Assembly (NCBI GenBank): GCA_010093815.1
Contig: ML996566.1
Reading direction: 5' to 3' (one strand)
DNA: 64,000 nt
From: Pseudovirgaria hyperparasitica
Taxonomy: Eukaryota
Shown: positions 1 through 12,323 of the stretch, piece after piece
How positions within the stretch are numbered: the first letter of the stretch is position 1
Layout of the letters: every line of letters starts with the position of its first letter
Position numbers and translations under genes: made by a program
The notes under the pieces: model-generated
Seen by the model: the letters and a program-made list of their open reading frames with translations, nothing else
What the model was told of the DNA's origin: nothing
Database searches by the model: none

Positions 1-2539
1 ATGGCAACCTACCGCAAGTCTTTAGCGCTAAGCTTTTTCTACAAGTTCTATCATGAAGTACTCTCGAAGCTCGGCGCTGCGGAGGGCGAAGTCGACACAC
101 AAGCGGTTGGAGAGATCGAACGAGATATTTCCAGGGGGGAGAAGGACCACAGCGCCGGTAAAGCTTACGAGCAGAAGATTCTGGGGACGGAAAGACCACA
201 TGTGGCAGCGATGAAGCAGTGCACTGGCGAAGCCCAATACACGGACGACATTCCTGTGCAAAAGAATGAGCTTTATGGAGTCATGGTGCTCTCAACCAAA
301 GCACACGCCAGGCTTCTGGATGTTGATCCTTCACCTGCACTTGATTTACCTGGTGTAGTAGAGTGGGTTGACCACCGAGATTGCGCAACACCAGAATCAA
401 ATCGGTGGGGTGCGCCAGTCTGCGATGAGGTCTTCTTTGCGGTCGATGAAGTGTTTACTGCCGGTCAGCCGATTGGTATGATCCTTGCAGATACTGCGAA
501 ACATGCCGAAGCAGCAGCCCGCGTTGTCAAGATCGAGTACGAGGAGCTACCTGCTATATTCTCAATCGAGGAGGCGATCGAGAAGGAAAGCTACTTCGAC
601 CATTTCAAGGAGATTAAGACAGGCGACACAGAAAAGGCTTTCGCGGAAGCTGACCACGTGTTTACTGGAATCGCGCGTATGGGTGGTCAAGAACACTTCT
701 ATCTTGAAACGCAAGCCTGCTGCGTGGTACCAAAGCCTGAGGACGGTGAGCTGGAAGTTTTCAGTAGCACCCAGAATCCAGCAGAGACGCAAGCATATGT
801 TGCGAAGCTCTGTGGAGTGCAGGCCAATAGAGTCGTAACGCGTGTCAAGCGTATGGGTGGAGGTTTCGGCGGTAAAGAGACAAGATCCGTCCAGCTCGCT
901 GGTATATGCGCTACAGCTGCGAACAAGACGCGTCGTCCAGTGCGATGTATGCTCAACAGAGACCAAGATATCATGACCTCCGGGCAGCGGCATCCTTTCC
1001 TGGGACGGTGGAAGGTTGCTGTTAACAAGGACGGAAGGATCCAAGCCATGGACTGCGATATTATCAACAACGGCGGCTGGAGTCAGGATCTCAGTGGTGC
1101 CGTAGTCGAGCGAGCTCTATCTCACTCAGATGGTGTATACAAGTTTCCGAATATGTGGGTTCGCGGACGTGTCGCAAAGACCAATACCGTCTCCAACACA
1201 GCCTTCAGAGGTTTCGGTGGCCCACAAGGAATCTTCATATGTGAGTCAATGATGGTAGAAGTCGCGGATCACATGAAGATTCCTGTCAACAAGCTACGCG
1301 AACTCAACATGTACAAGTCCGGTGATAAGACTCACTTCAACCAGGAACTCAAGGACTGGTTTGTACCCCTAATGTGGGATCAAGTCAAGCAAGAATCTGA
1401 TTACGAGCGTCGTGAACGTGAAGTCGAGAAATTCAATGAGACGCACAAATGGAACAAGCGCGGCCTTGCTCTCATCCCAACAAAGTTTGGTATCTCCTTC
1501 ACTGCGCTTTTCCTGAACCAAGCCGGTGCTCTCGTCCATATCTATCATGATGGCTCCGTCCTGCTCGCTCACGGCGGCACCGAGATGGGCCAAGGCCTGC
1601 ATACTAAAATGATCATGATAGCAGCTGAAGCCCTCGGCGTCCCGCAGGATAATGTCTTCATTTCCGAGACCGCAACGAACACAGTCGCGAACACTTCATC
1701 AACTGCTGCTTCTGCGTCCAGCGACCTTAATGGTTATGCTATTTGGAATGCCTGTTCAGAACTCAACAAGCGTCTCGAGCCGTATCGAGAGAAACTAGGT
1801 AGGGACACACCAATGAGTAAACTTGCCCACGCAGCATACTTTGATCGCGTCAACTTGTCCGCCCAGGGCTTCTATAAGACACCCGAGATTGGATATGTAT
1901 GGGGCGCAAACAAGGGCATGATGTTCTACTACTTCACACAGGGTGTCTCCGCCGCCGAAGTTGAGATCGACACGCTCACGGGTGATTGGACGTGCCGGCG
2001 CGCCGACATTAAGATGGATGTTGGCCGCAGCATCAATCCGGCCATTGACTACGGACAGATTGAAGGCGCGTTCGTGCAGGGCCAGGGCCTGTTCACGACC
2101 GAAGAGAGCCTGTGGATGCGAGCGACAGGCCAGATTGCGACGCGTGGCCCTGGGAACTATAAAATCCCAGGCTTTAGAGACATCCCGCAGGTATTCAATG
2201 TGAGCTTGTTGAAGGACGTGCAGTGGGAGAATCTCAGAACGATTCAGCGGAGTCGTGGTGTTGGTGAGTTTACCTCTTCCTTGCTTGCCGTGGTGAAAGA
2301 TTATGATGTGCTGACTATGTGTTTCAGGGGAGCCTCCTTTGTTTATGGGATCAGTAGTCTTCTTCGCAATCCGAGAAGCACTCAAAGCAGCACGTAAGCA
2401 GTTTGGCGTTGAGGACGTGCTTAACTTGCACAGTCCGGCAACCGTGGAAAGGATTCGTGTTAGCTGTGCGGATCCGATCATCGAGCGGAGCAGAGTTAAT
2501 CCACAGGAGGGCGAGAAGAGCTTCTTCGTCTCTATATGA
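1..2539 (+). CDS. hxA: Xanthine dehydrogenase, C-terminal molybdopterin-binding part (5'-truncated by the window edge); exons <1..2263 and 2328..2539
   Basis: XDH motifs KRMGGGFGGKETR, TAFRGFGGPQG, GGTEMGQGLHTK and GQIEGAFVQG. Removing intron 2264..2327 (GTGAGT...CTGAC...CAG) restores the catalytic RGVGEPPLF motif and a ...KSFFVSI stop. The Met at position 1 is internal. Confidence 0.96.
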
Positions 2540-4439
2540 GAGAGTGGTTTGTGTATTCATATGGCTGGCGCTCGGAGCTGTTCGAAGGGAGACTCTGGCG
2601 TCGACGCTCGGCGCTGTGTAAACTAACAGAATCTGGTGTGTTCATCAATACTACAGACTCACACGGGCAAGACTGGAAATTAAGCTTGTCAATTTTAACT
2701 ACGAGTTGTAGATTAGACAAGTCTAAACAGAGGTGGACTGGTGGCCGTCCTCCTGTTTTATGATACTACGAGCTTTGTAAATTGGTAACATATAGACCGA
2801 CGCAACAAGAGGTTCCGTTTGACTGATATTCGTGTCTGACTTCCGCACGGCCTTATGTATAAGTCGCATACTGTGCATATCCATGCAGAAGTACCTTTCA
2901 CCAGCTGAGCCTTTCAGTGATCTCGGAATTTATCTCAAGTTCAGGCCGCGCATAACAAACGGTCGGCCAAGTCGTCATCGGAGCAGGTCGATGTGTATCA
3001 GGAAGACGTGTCATGGTCACGTACGGCCCGGTCGTATACTATTATAGATCAATAGAGAGGTACAAGGAAGGAGAGACGTAGATCTTGTGTTGGCAGAATC
3101 TTTTGCGCATATTTCGATGCCTATCAAATTCGGTCCCTATAATTACTGCACAGTAGTAACAAGGATTGATCGTGTGTGAACCGTACATCGCACACAAGTC
3201 ACGAAATATTAAGAAGCTGTTGGTTCTTGTGTCACCAAACGTGTTGATGCTGGGCCCGCTCTATCACTGGAATTCGTTTCCATCAAGCTCGCCTCCCACT
3301 CTGATGTTAGCAGCCATATTCCCATTGCTAGTCTAACTGCCAGTCCCTCACATGGAACATCCTTGTCAGATTAGCACTCCAACTTAGAGCCGCACAACGA
3401 GAGCAAATCTAGAGGAGCTGAATGAGGCACCGCTACTTACAGTTACATACATTGTAGGACACTATTATAAGAATGATAAAGCAGGGCATCTTTAAGGTTT
3501 GCAGTCGGAGAGATACAAGGAGGAACTAATACGGATGAGTATCTGGATGAGTGGCCTTATTGTTGAAATGAAATAACACTTTCCGCTGTTACTATAGTAA
3601 GCATTGACGACCAAATCGAACTGAAGCATCTTCTTGAGCATGTAGATATCCGCGGATTGTGGTATGTCTGGTCTCGTCACGTTCCTTCTCTTTTCGACGT
3701 AACGGTCTCGCATCTCACTCTTAGCAGCACTCAGACCACACTTATGCCATAATACACTCAACCCCTTCCCCTCAGTCCATACCACCACAAGTATTTCCCT
3801 TCCGATGGAAACTTGAGTCACGCACCTCCTCCGTACAAAAAACAAACATACCAGATTACTCCCCTTCCTCGCCCGAACATACACGCCTGCGAGAAAGTGC
3901 AACGTATGCCCTCGTTCGTCGGATCGCGATGTAATTTACTCACCAATTCTCCTGCGCAATACGGGGAGATTAGCATGTGGGATAAGCTGGGGACACGCCA
4001 GTGTGCGGTCTGTGAAGTCTTTGCCCCTTTTACTTGCTTTCTTGTGGGTTGGGGTGTGAAGAAAGAGATATAATGCTAGAATGGAAACATCCAATTCCGG
4101 ATGGAGGGACGAAGAAGGAGATACTCGGACATGAGAACAACATGAGCCGGGGGGCGTCTGAGGATAGACTTATGGGATGCGTTGTATTCGGAAGAAGGCG
4201 GGGGTAAGGTACATATGTATTATTCGGCGAGCATGTATGCCATAGATTCTCGCATGTAGATAGATATACAAAAATAGCAGGTTAGCGGATATGTACAGAG
4301 CGCTGAAAACCTCCCTTTTTACTTTGGAAAATAGAAACCTTGCCCGGCCCCCAACCTCGGATCGACGGCCAGGACGGACAACGGGTTGGACCATCTGGGT
4401 CTATGATGGAGGGCCCATTTCTGCCTCCCCGCATGTAGT

Positions 4440-5593
4440 CTAGACTTGAGGAAGGTTCGGTGGGAGTGGCTGTGCAAGTGGAGGTGGAAACGGGTGTGTA
4501 AATTGAATTGGGTTCCTCCTTTCGAGCTTCCCTGCTACTCGAAGCACGGCGTTGCTATGAAGCCCAATGTCCATCCTGTCCAGAAGACATAGGGCAGCAA
4601 AAAGAGCTACAAGGGTATCAGTGGTCAAGAACTGTGTCAGGTGGCCGCGTGCGAGAACCCGGGAGAACCTACCATGAGGAGGCGCGGTTTCGACCGCCTC
4701 TTCGACGACAAGTCCTATATTTCTGAACCAGCCATGCTCTCTGCCTCGAACTACAAAATCTCTCCATTCAGCAACCGTTTCGTACCACAGCAGCACAACA
4801 AAAACAGTGAGAGCAAAAAGAGAATGAGGGGGAACGTACGGTGAAAACGCGGTGCAAGCAAAATCATAATAAGGAACGCGTGAGAGAGGTAATATATAGT
4901 GATATGATCCATATCGACGTCTGAGAGGTTCGCAAACATCAGGTCCAGCTCGATCGTTCTATGGCGTATATCATGCCAATTCGGACCGCACCATGTGAAT
5001 GTGACCGCGTCGGGATTGTCGAACTGCCATGTACTGCGCCAGTCGTGAAAATCAGGGAGGCCGGATTTGCAGGGCAGTACACCCACTCTGTGTTCTCCAG
5101 TCTGGAGATCAACCCATCTTTGCAAGTCGGGATCACGGCGTGGATTGAGTAAATCATCCGGAATAACGTTATTAGGAAAGTCTCTCGGGTCGAGCACCTG
5201 GCCGACCTCCGGTGACCAGCGCCTATCGTCGCAGTAAATCTTGATCTCTGCGTGGGCCCAGTCGTCTTGGTATAGCCGACTGACCTCCTTGAAGGTCTTA
5301 CGAACCTTGTCAAACAGGAACCTTTCAGATGGTCCAGATTCTACGTTGGATTGTTCGAAGATAAGCTTATAGGTATTAAGAAGGGGCGGCGAAAGCCCGC
5401 GCCCCATTTCAGTCGCAGCTATGCGAGCCATACGTATGGCCTCATTGAGAGCATACCTCGCCCTTGGATAGTCTTGGTCGCATGAATGATGGAGGGCATA
5501 ACTTCCATCTTCATCTTCATCTACTGCTAGGGAGGGAATGATAAAAGTGCCGAGGAGAGCGAGAAAGAGCACTATACCAGAGGACAAAAACAT
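4440..5593 (-). CDS. Secreted protein (~354 aa), possibly a degenerate zincin/M35-like metalloprotease homologue; exons 5593..4840 and 4750..4440
   Basis: Hydrophobic signal peptide MFLSSGIVLFLALLGTFIIPSLA. Intron 4839..4751 (GTACGT...TTGTAG) joins the 280-aa and 118-aa ORFs in frame. The family call is inference from weak motif resemblance. Confidence 0.6.
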
Positions 5594-5879
5594 CTTGAAT
5601 ATCTGTAAAGTACATAAGAAAAAATGCGGTTGCTAGACAGTAGAAAGACAAAAGGTATGTATGTGACTTATAGGATGCAGAACCAGATAACCTGAAACCT
5701 GAAGACTGCTATTTTAGATTTGGTTGAACTCGTCATAAGGCTAATCAGCTTTGGAAGTTTGGAAATCGCGCAAGGCCCACCGGCTTACCATTAAGAACAT
5801 TCGTCGAACCTGACTGACCAGCTTGGCATTTTTCGTTTCACCTTACCCCCATCTTAGATTGTCCTTCTACCTCTCTACC

Positions 5880-7290
5880 TCTATATAAGGGTGTATATAT
5901 TAATATATTTATGTTGGCTTAACAGAGAGTAATAAGGCCATACATCCTCTATCCTTTTAAGCCCTAAACTATTAAATTTAGTCTATAATAAGAGGAAGAG
6001 GAAGGTAGTCCCCATCTAATTAACTGTTATATCTACCTTTAATACTCCTATGTACTTTAGACACAACTATGAAAGCAGAACAACCTTAAGATAGGACGAC
6101 AGGGGCAAAGAAGATGCGTGCACGAGTAGGTAGGTACCTAGCTCGTTAGGTTTTTTAGTGAGAAGGACGGATGTATGAATAGCTTAATGGAAGATCTAAT
6201 AAGAAGCAAGTGATTGAAAGGGCTATTAACATTAATAAAATCATAGATTTCCTTTAGGCCCCAAAAAGTCTATACCCATTGACGGTATGACCAACCTCCA
6301 ACGCAGTAAGAAAAGCTATCCGATGACATGATACTTCACACACACACAACCTCAACAACACAAAGACGCCTAACTGAAACATGTGCTGCATGCAGCACGA
6401 AGAAAAATTTTTCTTGAGACGAGCTCGGACCTCCAATTTGCATAATTGCCTGTTAGGGAGAGAGAGACCTCTAAGAAACGTGTGTTGTCCGCCTATTTTG
6501 TGATAAATCATGGCCGATCGTCCCGCTTTCGACTGTAAAAACAACGCCGCAAGGGCCGCCAGAAACGCGTGTTTAGCGCTAAGCCGTTCCACGATCTGCG
6601 ACGTGAGCTAATCATAGAAAAGCTCATGCGTGCGTGTGCCATAAGTACCATCAATGACCTACCTGCCTCTGCTAAGCTTTGTACCGTTGCTTGGAAGCGT
6701 TACAAGAAGCTAAAGCTTTGATATGGTTGTAGTCTATTTCCAACCATATAAGTATTTCAGAGTTGTGTAGAGTACCTAGGGCACCTTCCTATGCAGATCA
6801 CCCCTATTTGTTATTGTTGCCCGCATACTAAATATAGCTACCGCGGAAATAGCAAGGGCGCGCGACCGGTGACAGACTATCGAGCACCCTCAATTTCAAG
6901 CACCCCAATCTGACCCATTAATTAATAGCCTCGGAAGTGAATATAGTGCGGTACTTAGGATACATAGCTATATAAGCCACCTATACAAGTTATCTATATA
7001 AGCCACCTATACAAGTTACCTATATAAGCTACCTATATAAGTTTTTCATACGACTCCGGAGGTGATGTAGTTATTACGAATGACCGGGCGTAAGCACCCT
7101 TCGCTCTTCCATATCCTAACCCTACTAATCCTCCTGTTCTGACCCGAACCCGAACCCTCCTAACCCGAACCCTCCTAATCAAGGTATCTCAAGAGTATAT
7201 GCGTAGATATGTGACTGGAAATCAGAATTAGCGGATAGGAATTTCGACCCCCCCGGGAGTCGGGACTACCCGGGCCGGGCTATCTATTAT
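5880..7290. mobile_element. Degenerate repeat/transposon relic region, partly RIP-like
   Basis: TpA-rich tracts (5880-6250, 6900-7050), a minisatellite, CCCGAA repeats (7140-7175) and a CxxH-like segment (CMQHMFQLGV, minus strand) reminiscent of hAT transposases. No intact transposase ORF. Confidence 0.35.
6968..7045. repeat. 13-bp minisatellite, about 6 copies (CTATAYAAGYYAY)
   Basis: ctatataagccac|ctatacaagttat|ctatataagccac|ctatacaagttac|ctatataagctac|ctatataagtttt. Confidence 0.85.
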
Positions 7291-7599
7291 TAAAGAGGTT
7301 AGAGGTGGGGGTGCTTGATATTACACAAAACGAGGGTGCTCGATAGTCTGTCACTGCGACCGGGCGTGGCGGACAAGCACGGGCCAGACTGAATTTGCAC
7401 TGGGTACTGTAGTTCAAGACTCCACAAACGATTGTCACGTACGAGGAGGGATGAGATCGAGCTGTTTCGTGTATATTTGCTTTGCTGAGAGGTAGGTGTT
7501 CTGGTCGGTACTCGAGGATGCTTGTTGTGTTCGAGGTATTTTGCGGGCGTAGAAGCAATATTTGGTCAGAAAAGGCCACCAATGTGCTAATCACGCGAG

Positions 7600-7800
7600 A
7601 CAGGGTGTTGATGAAGGGTATGCGGTGCTCAAGCAAAATTGACAAGCAATCCGGTGCAAACGTTTGCGCAATATGCAAGGCTGTGCCGTGCGAGTTTGCC
7701 ATAGCGTCCTGAGTGCGATCTACGATGGGATACTAGGACAGGTCTTGTTTGATCCTGATTGCTTGGCGATTCATACAGTATTGCCTGTGCTGTCATGCAA
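7600..7800 (-). pseudogene. Possible ankyrin-repeat relic
   Basis: Minus-strand peptides HDSTGNTV*IA and HGTALHIAQTFAPDCLSILLEH resemble the ankyrin G-x-T-(P/A)-L-H-x-A...LL consensus. Interrupted by a stop. Confidence 0.3.
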
Positions 7801-7871
7801 TAGTAGCCTCACGTTCCTGATTCCTGACCTTGATCTACAGTACCCGTTCATAAGTTCCCGAGGTCATGAGG

Positions 7872-8278
7872 TTTTACACCCAAAATGACCAAATATGACC
7901 TTATTTATAAACCCTACGTTTAAAAACAGCGGCTAAAACTTACTCTAAAAGTTCTTAGGATTATAAATAATAACTAGAACTACCTTTTCTAAATAGATAG
8001 ATGTTTTAAAAAAAACTTAGAGCTCTCTATAGATAGTAATAAACTCGAGATAGTGAAAACTTACTATTTTCTCGCATTTTATATGGAAAAAATCGACTAT
8101 TTTAATCTTATCCGATTTTAAAATACTTCTATACCCACTCAAAACTCTATTTTAGAATTCTAAGTAGAAGTATCACCTTAGTTATAAATTATAATTTTTA
8201 TAATTTTTAGAGTAAGTTTTAGCCGCTGTTTTTAAATGCAGGGCTTATAATATAAGTAAGGTCATTTTTGGTGTAAAA
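7872..8278. mobile_element. MITE-like non-autonomous DNA transposon (~407 bp) with ~75-80 bp terminal inverted repeats
   Basis: Termini TTTTACACCCAAAATGACC... and ...GGTCATTTTTGGTGTAAAA. Perfect 32-bp inverted match 7919-7950 / 8205-8236. AT-rich non-coding interior. Confidence 0.85.
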
Positions 8279-8480
8279 AGGCATAGACGCGGGAACTGAT
8301 GGACAAGTACTGTACAATGCTCACGTGTATCTCTTTGAACAGTCGTTACGATTTCCTGGACATTGATTGAAACGATATAGGAGAGCGCACAGCTCTGTTC
8401 AAGCTGCTTCCTGTCACATGTCTTAGTGTGATGACTTGCGTGTATGCATGGCTGTCGCGCACAGCTGCGCCGCGCCGATA

Positions 8481-10846
8481 TCAATCGCCCATGTCGTGAT
8501 ATCGTTCGTGCGCTTGCATTGCAAAGGCCGGCATCATCGCTCCGCAGATAGGACATGCAAGACTAGATATCGTGTCTTCGTCTGATACCCATCCTGTGTC
8601 TTCAATGCTTTTACGCATGTCAGTATTACTATCATGTATGGTGCTTTGAGAGGACAGGAGAATGCAGTCTTCGGAGCCGCGTAGGCCAGATTGCTGATCA
8701 GTAGTTGCAGTCGACATTTTTCGCTGTGGCGAAGTCACATTAATAGTCAACGAACCATGACTACCAGGAGAAGCTCCAACTTCGGTAGGGTGTCGCATGC
8801 TGTAATTGCCTGGTGATGGTTGTGGCGAATCCCTATTGTCTCCCGGCCCATCTGTGTCTTTGAGTCTCCACTGGCGGAGAACTGTATCTTGTTGCTTGAA
8901 CATCTTGGAGATATCTCTTCCAGCAGCGTCTTTAGTGTTTCCAGCGGCTTCAACAATATCAGTGACTGCTATATTGATGAGACTCAAATTCCACCCACTT
9001 TTCTCTGGATGAAGTCTTCGAAACAGTGGTATCAAAGCCTCTGCAACCAGTCGCTCAGCAGTCACGTCACTCCTTTCGTTGTTATTGAAGACGAAATTTG
9101 GAAGAGGCTGCGAACGTGAGATACGTGCGAAGCTACGATTGCGAGAACCATCTGGATTTTGTGGTGGTCTCGGTCGCGTGGTAAGGCGGAGGCTTTTGGG
9201 GAAAGCTATCCACCTTTTCGGCGCGGGTATCTCCATTAACTCGCTTTCCGGATAAATGCCAGTCTCATCTTCCATGAGATCGATATGCATCCTATCTAAT
9301 AGACTTACTGAGAGCATTCTCAGCTCTTCCAAAACCTGTGAGTATGTGTCTAGGCGGAGGTAACTATCCTCTAATGAGATCTGCCGTGGAACGTCCCTTG
9401 CTTGACTGATGTCAGACTCATCGATGCCGTTGACGAGGTTCCAAACCTTGATACCAATGCCCTTGGGAGCACCAGGACCGCTGAGAAGGTTCTCCAGAAG
9501 TTCAGGACACATGTTTGGGTAAGTCCGCACATCCTTTACGGATACGTGTGCTTTTGTATCTCCGTAGACAAGCCCATTGTTGAGATCAGCAGGCCTTCCA
9601 AGAACGAGATGTCGTAATTTCTGGGCCAGTTTGAAACCGATTCCTGGTATTTTGCCGACCTCATGGCCATCGATGAAGGAAGTGACCGAATTTTCGTCGT
9701 TACCTTCCGAAGTGTATGGAGGGATGAGAGTAGTCTGACTTTTTGGTTTGTGCAGATTTCCTACTAGCTTGGCGAGAAGCTTGGACGTGGATATCCCTAC
9801 CGTAGAGGTGTAATTGTGCCTCTCTTCCAGTTGTAGACGTAGGAATTGCGCCAAGTGAGACCCCAGCACAAGCCGCAACCGGAGAGCCTCGTCTGGATTT
9901 GAGTAGTGATTTGGATTGGGTGATGAGATCCCCCGGCTTTCAATCCCATGCGTGTGTCCCGTGACACTGGTTGCATCAAAGTTGAATCCCGCAGTGGGGT
10001 CCGACCTATCAAGGCAGAAGAAAGAGTTTTGTAGATGCTGCGAATTTAGGAGATCGACATTGAAACGTATCAAGTCTGTGACGTCCAGAAACACCTGAAG
10101 TTGCTCAGTCAGTCCGAGCTTGCAGCGGAAATTGTAAATGGCATGTAATCACCCGTCCATAACATGGACGGTGTCACGAATGTGTGGAGGCAGCAGCAGC
10201 CGCGCTATCAAAACGACATACCTCGTCGAAGCCCAGCCTCTCCACTTTGCCATTCCACGAAAAGGACCGGAGGAAGTTGTACAGAGTTTTAGACGCATTG
10301 CGGAAGCGGGTCAGGTCTTCTCCTAGCACAATGATAACATCAGGACAGGTCCTTTTAGCATCAGTGACGAGTTGAAGCTTGTGTAGGCCCTGAGTAGTAG
10401 ATAGATCAGCAAAAGCACTGTGTGTTTGTTGTGTCGGACAGTAATTAGAAGTGGAGGTGGAGGTACCCTGCGTCTTGCTTCATAGTTACACGTGACTATG
10501 ATTTGTTTCTGTTGCACGGCAAGTGGTAGTGATCTGAGAGCAGGATTTTCGGCCTCGAAGACGGAAGCGTAGAAGCAATCCTGAAGGACGATAAAGTCAG
10601 ATTGAATCTAGAGGCAGGATTTGGGCATGGGAGCCAACATACATAATCCTATGGTGCAGATACGATGGTTAGCAGGAAGTCACCCGATGAAATCCCAAAG
10701 GAGCCAAATATGCAGAGAGAGGCCAAAAGGCTTTTGGGGGCAGCAAGGCACGAATCAGAGCAGAGCGGACATGACAGACATACAAAGTGGAGGATGACGG
10801 ACGAATCGTATGGACGAGTTGGTAGCCTTGCCAAAGGGACTTCCAT
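8481..10846 (-). CDS. POLI: Y-family translesion DNA polymerase, iota-like (~654 aa); exons 10846..10784, 10648..10643, 10580..10467, 10389..10222, 10094..8481
   Basis: The spliced product reads VILHF-DY-DCFYASVFE...PLAVQQKQIIVTCNYEARRRG-LHKLQLV...CPDVIIVLGEDLTRFRNAS...VERLGFDE-VFLDVT, then VGISTSKLLAKL, IPGIGFK and a C-terminal CPIC...H..YH UBZ-like finger. All four introns are GT-AG and phase 0. Confidence 0.9.
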
Positions 10847-12323
10847 GTGTGCATGCTGCGCGTTACCAGGCTCGGCTTGGGGAGTGTTGGAAGGCGTGTT
10901 GCGTATGTGGAGCAGAGACGGCTGGAGTCCTAAGAGTTCTTTTGATTTCTGCTATCAAACATGTATCGAGGCAAGAATCCCTGAAAGCTCGTAATCGTAT
11001 CCTGGAGGACCCAGGGTCAGGCTGACTAGCACGGGGTTTGATGAATGGGGGCCGATTGGCCGGTTGTAGAGTACAGTAAGATGCTCAGACGGGTGACGGC
11101 TGAGTAAAGAAGATCACCACGATGGAAGGCGACGTTGAGTGTTTGAAGTTCGCTCGTCATGACGGTTTTGATGGTTGTGGTGCCGTTGGTATCGCCGTCA
11201 AAGATCGAGGACAGGCGCTTCAGGGAACAGTGGGAGTCAAGGAGAATGGGCGAGGAGTGGAGAGGAAGTGGTCTTGGCTATGGCAAAAATAAAAATAGAA
11301 CAATGAAAATAGAAAAGAGGTTTGTGGCAGCGGTGAAACGGGGGGCTCCATAGGCTCCATAGGCTCTATAGAGGAGGATTTTTGTTTCGGAGAGGGGGGG
11401 GGGAGGGGGTAGGGTAGGAGTAGGAGTTGGGAGTGGATGGAGGTGGCTGGCTGGTCTGGCTGGTCTGGCTGCCACTCCAGCTACCTATAGAGCCAACTTG
11501 CACCATCATCGGGGGCCTGAGCAGCCAGTCTACCGCCAGTCTACAGCCCACCCGGCCGCCTCTCCCCCCCCAAAAGCCGCAACAAAAAAGCGCTTGCGAC
11601 GCGTACTGTATCCAGCGCCCTATTTGCCTCTTGTTTTGCTGCTCCACACCCTCCCCCCCCCCAAACCCCTCAAAACCTGCGATGCACACGCCGCCTGCAC
11701 ATCTCGAGGGTGACGCTCGACCTTGCCACAGATACAGATGCGAATGGCCACTCAATTACCGAGTCATCTCCAGCGTCCCGTGCGTGTTTTGTTCGTGTGT
11801 ACGTATACATGGTAATTATCTAGGCAGTAGTAGCAGTGTAGACAGTGTCGTGTGTTAATTAGTGTGTAATAAATAGTGAATAGGTAGAGAGAGGTGTGTG
11901 CGGAGTGGGCACTGGGTGGAAGGTCACTCCAGGGCCAGTGGTTGCGCACGTCCCTTCCTCCCAATGAAATCTAATAGGCGCTTTTTCGCTCTCTTCTCCC
12001 GCCTACCTACCATGGAAGGCGCGCTCGCTCCTCATTATTCATGCATGTTCCAGGTTAAAAGTAAACCTTCCCGCCCGCTATTAATGTCTATCCTCTTGTC
12101 GATATCATAGCCTTCCCTTTCCCTTCCCACCCTTCTTTATAATAGTCGTCTGTTCTGCCTACAGCCTCCGTCACTTCGCTGCTCTCATGCTTTAATAATA
12201 GCACCTCCGCTTTGCCAATACCTCCCCAAGCCTCACAGCTGCGTGTCATCTCTGAGACATCTGCGACTAGCCACGCTGCTCAGTCAAAGACATCTTGTTA
12301 CCTGTGCCAGACAAATCAACATC

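Noticed and set aside
2264..2397. C-terminus of the 798-aa ORF as given in the track
   Set aside because: Read-through of intron 2264..2327. The true end is in the 2339..2539 frame.
3492..4394. Several 70-140 aa ORFs between XDH and the secreted-protein gene
   Set aside because: No recognisable motifs, and I could not build a consistent splice model.
7110..7180. CCTAAC/CCCGAA repeats as an interstitial telomere
   Set aside because: No tandem perfect CCCTAA units. Better explained as degenerate element repeats.
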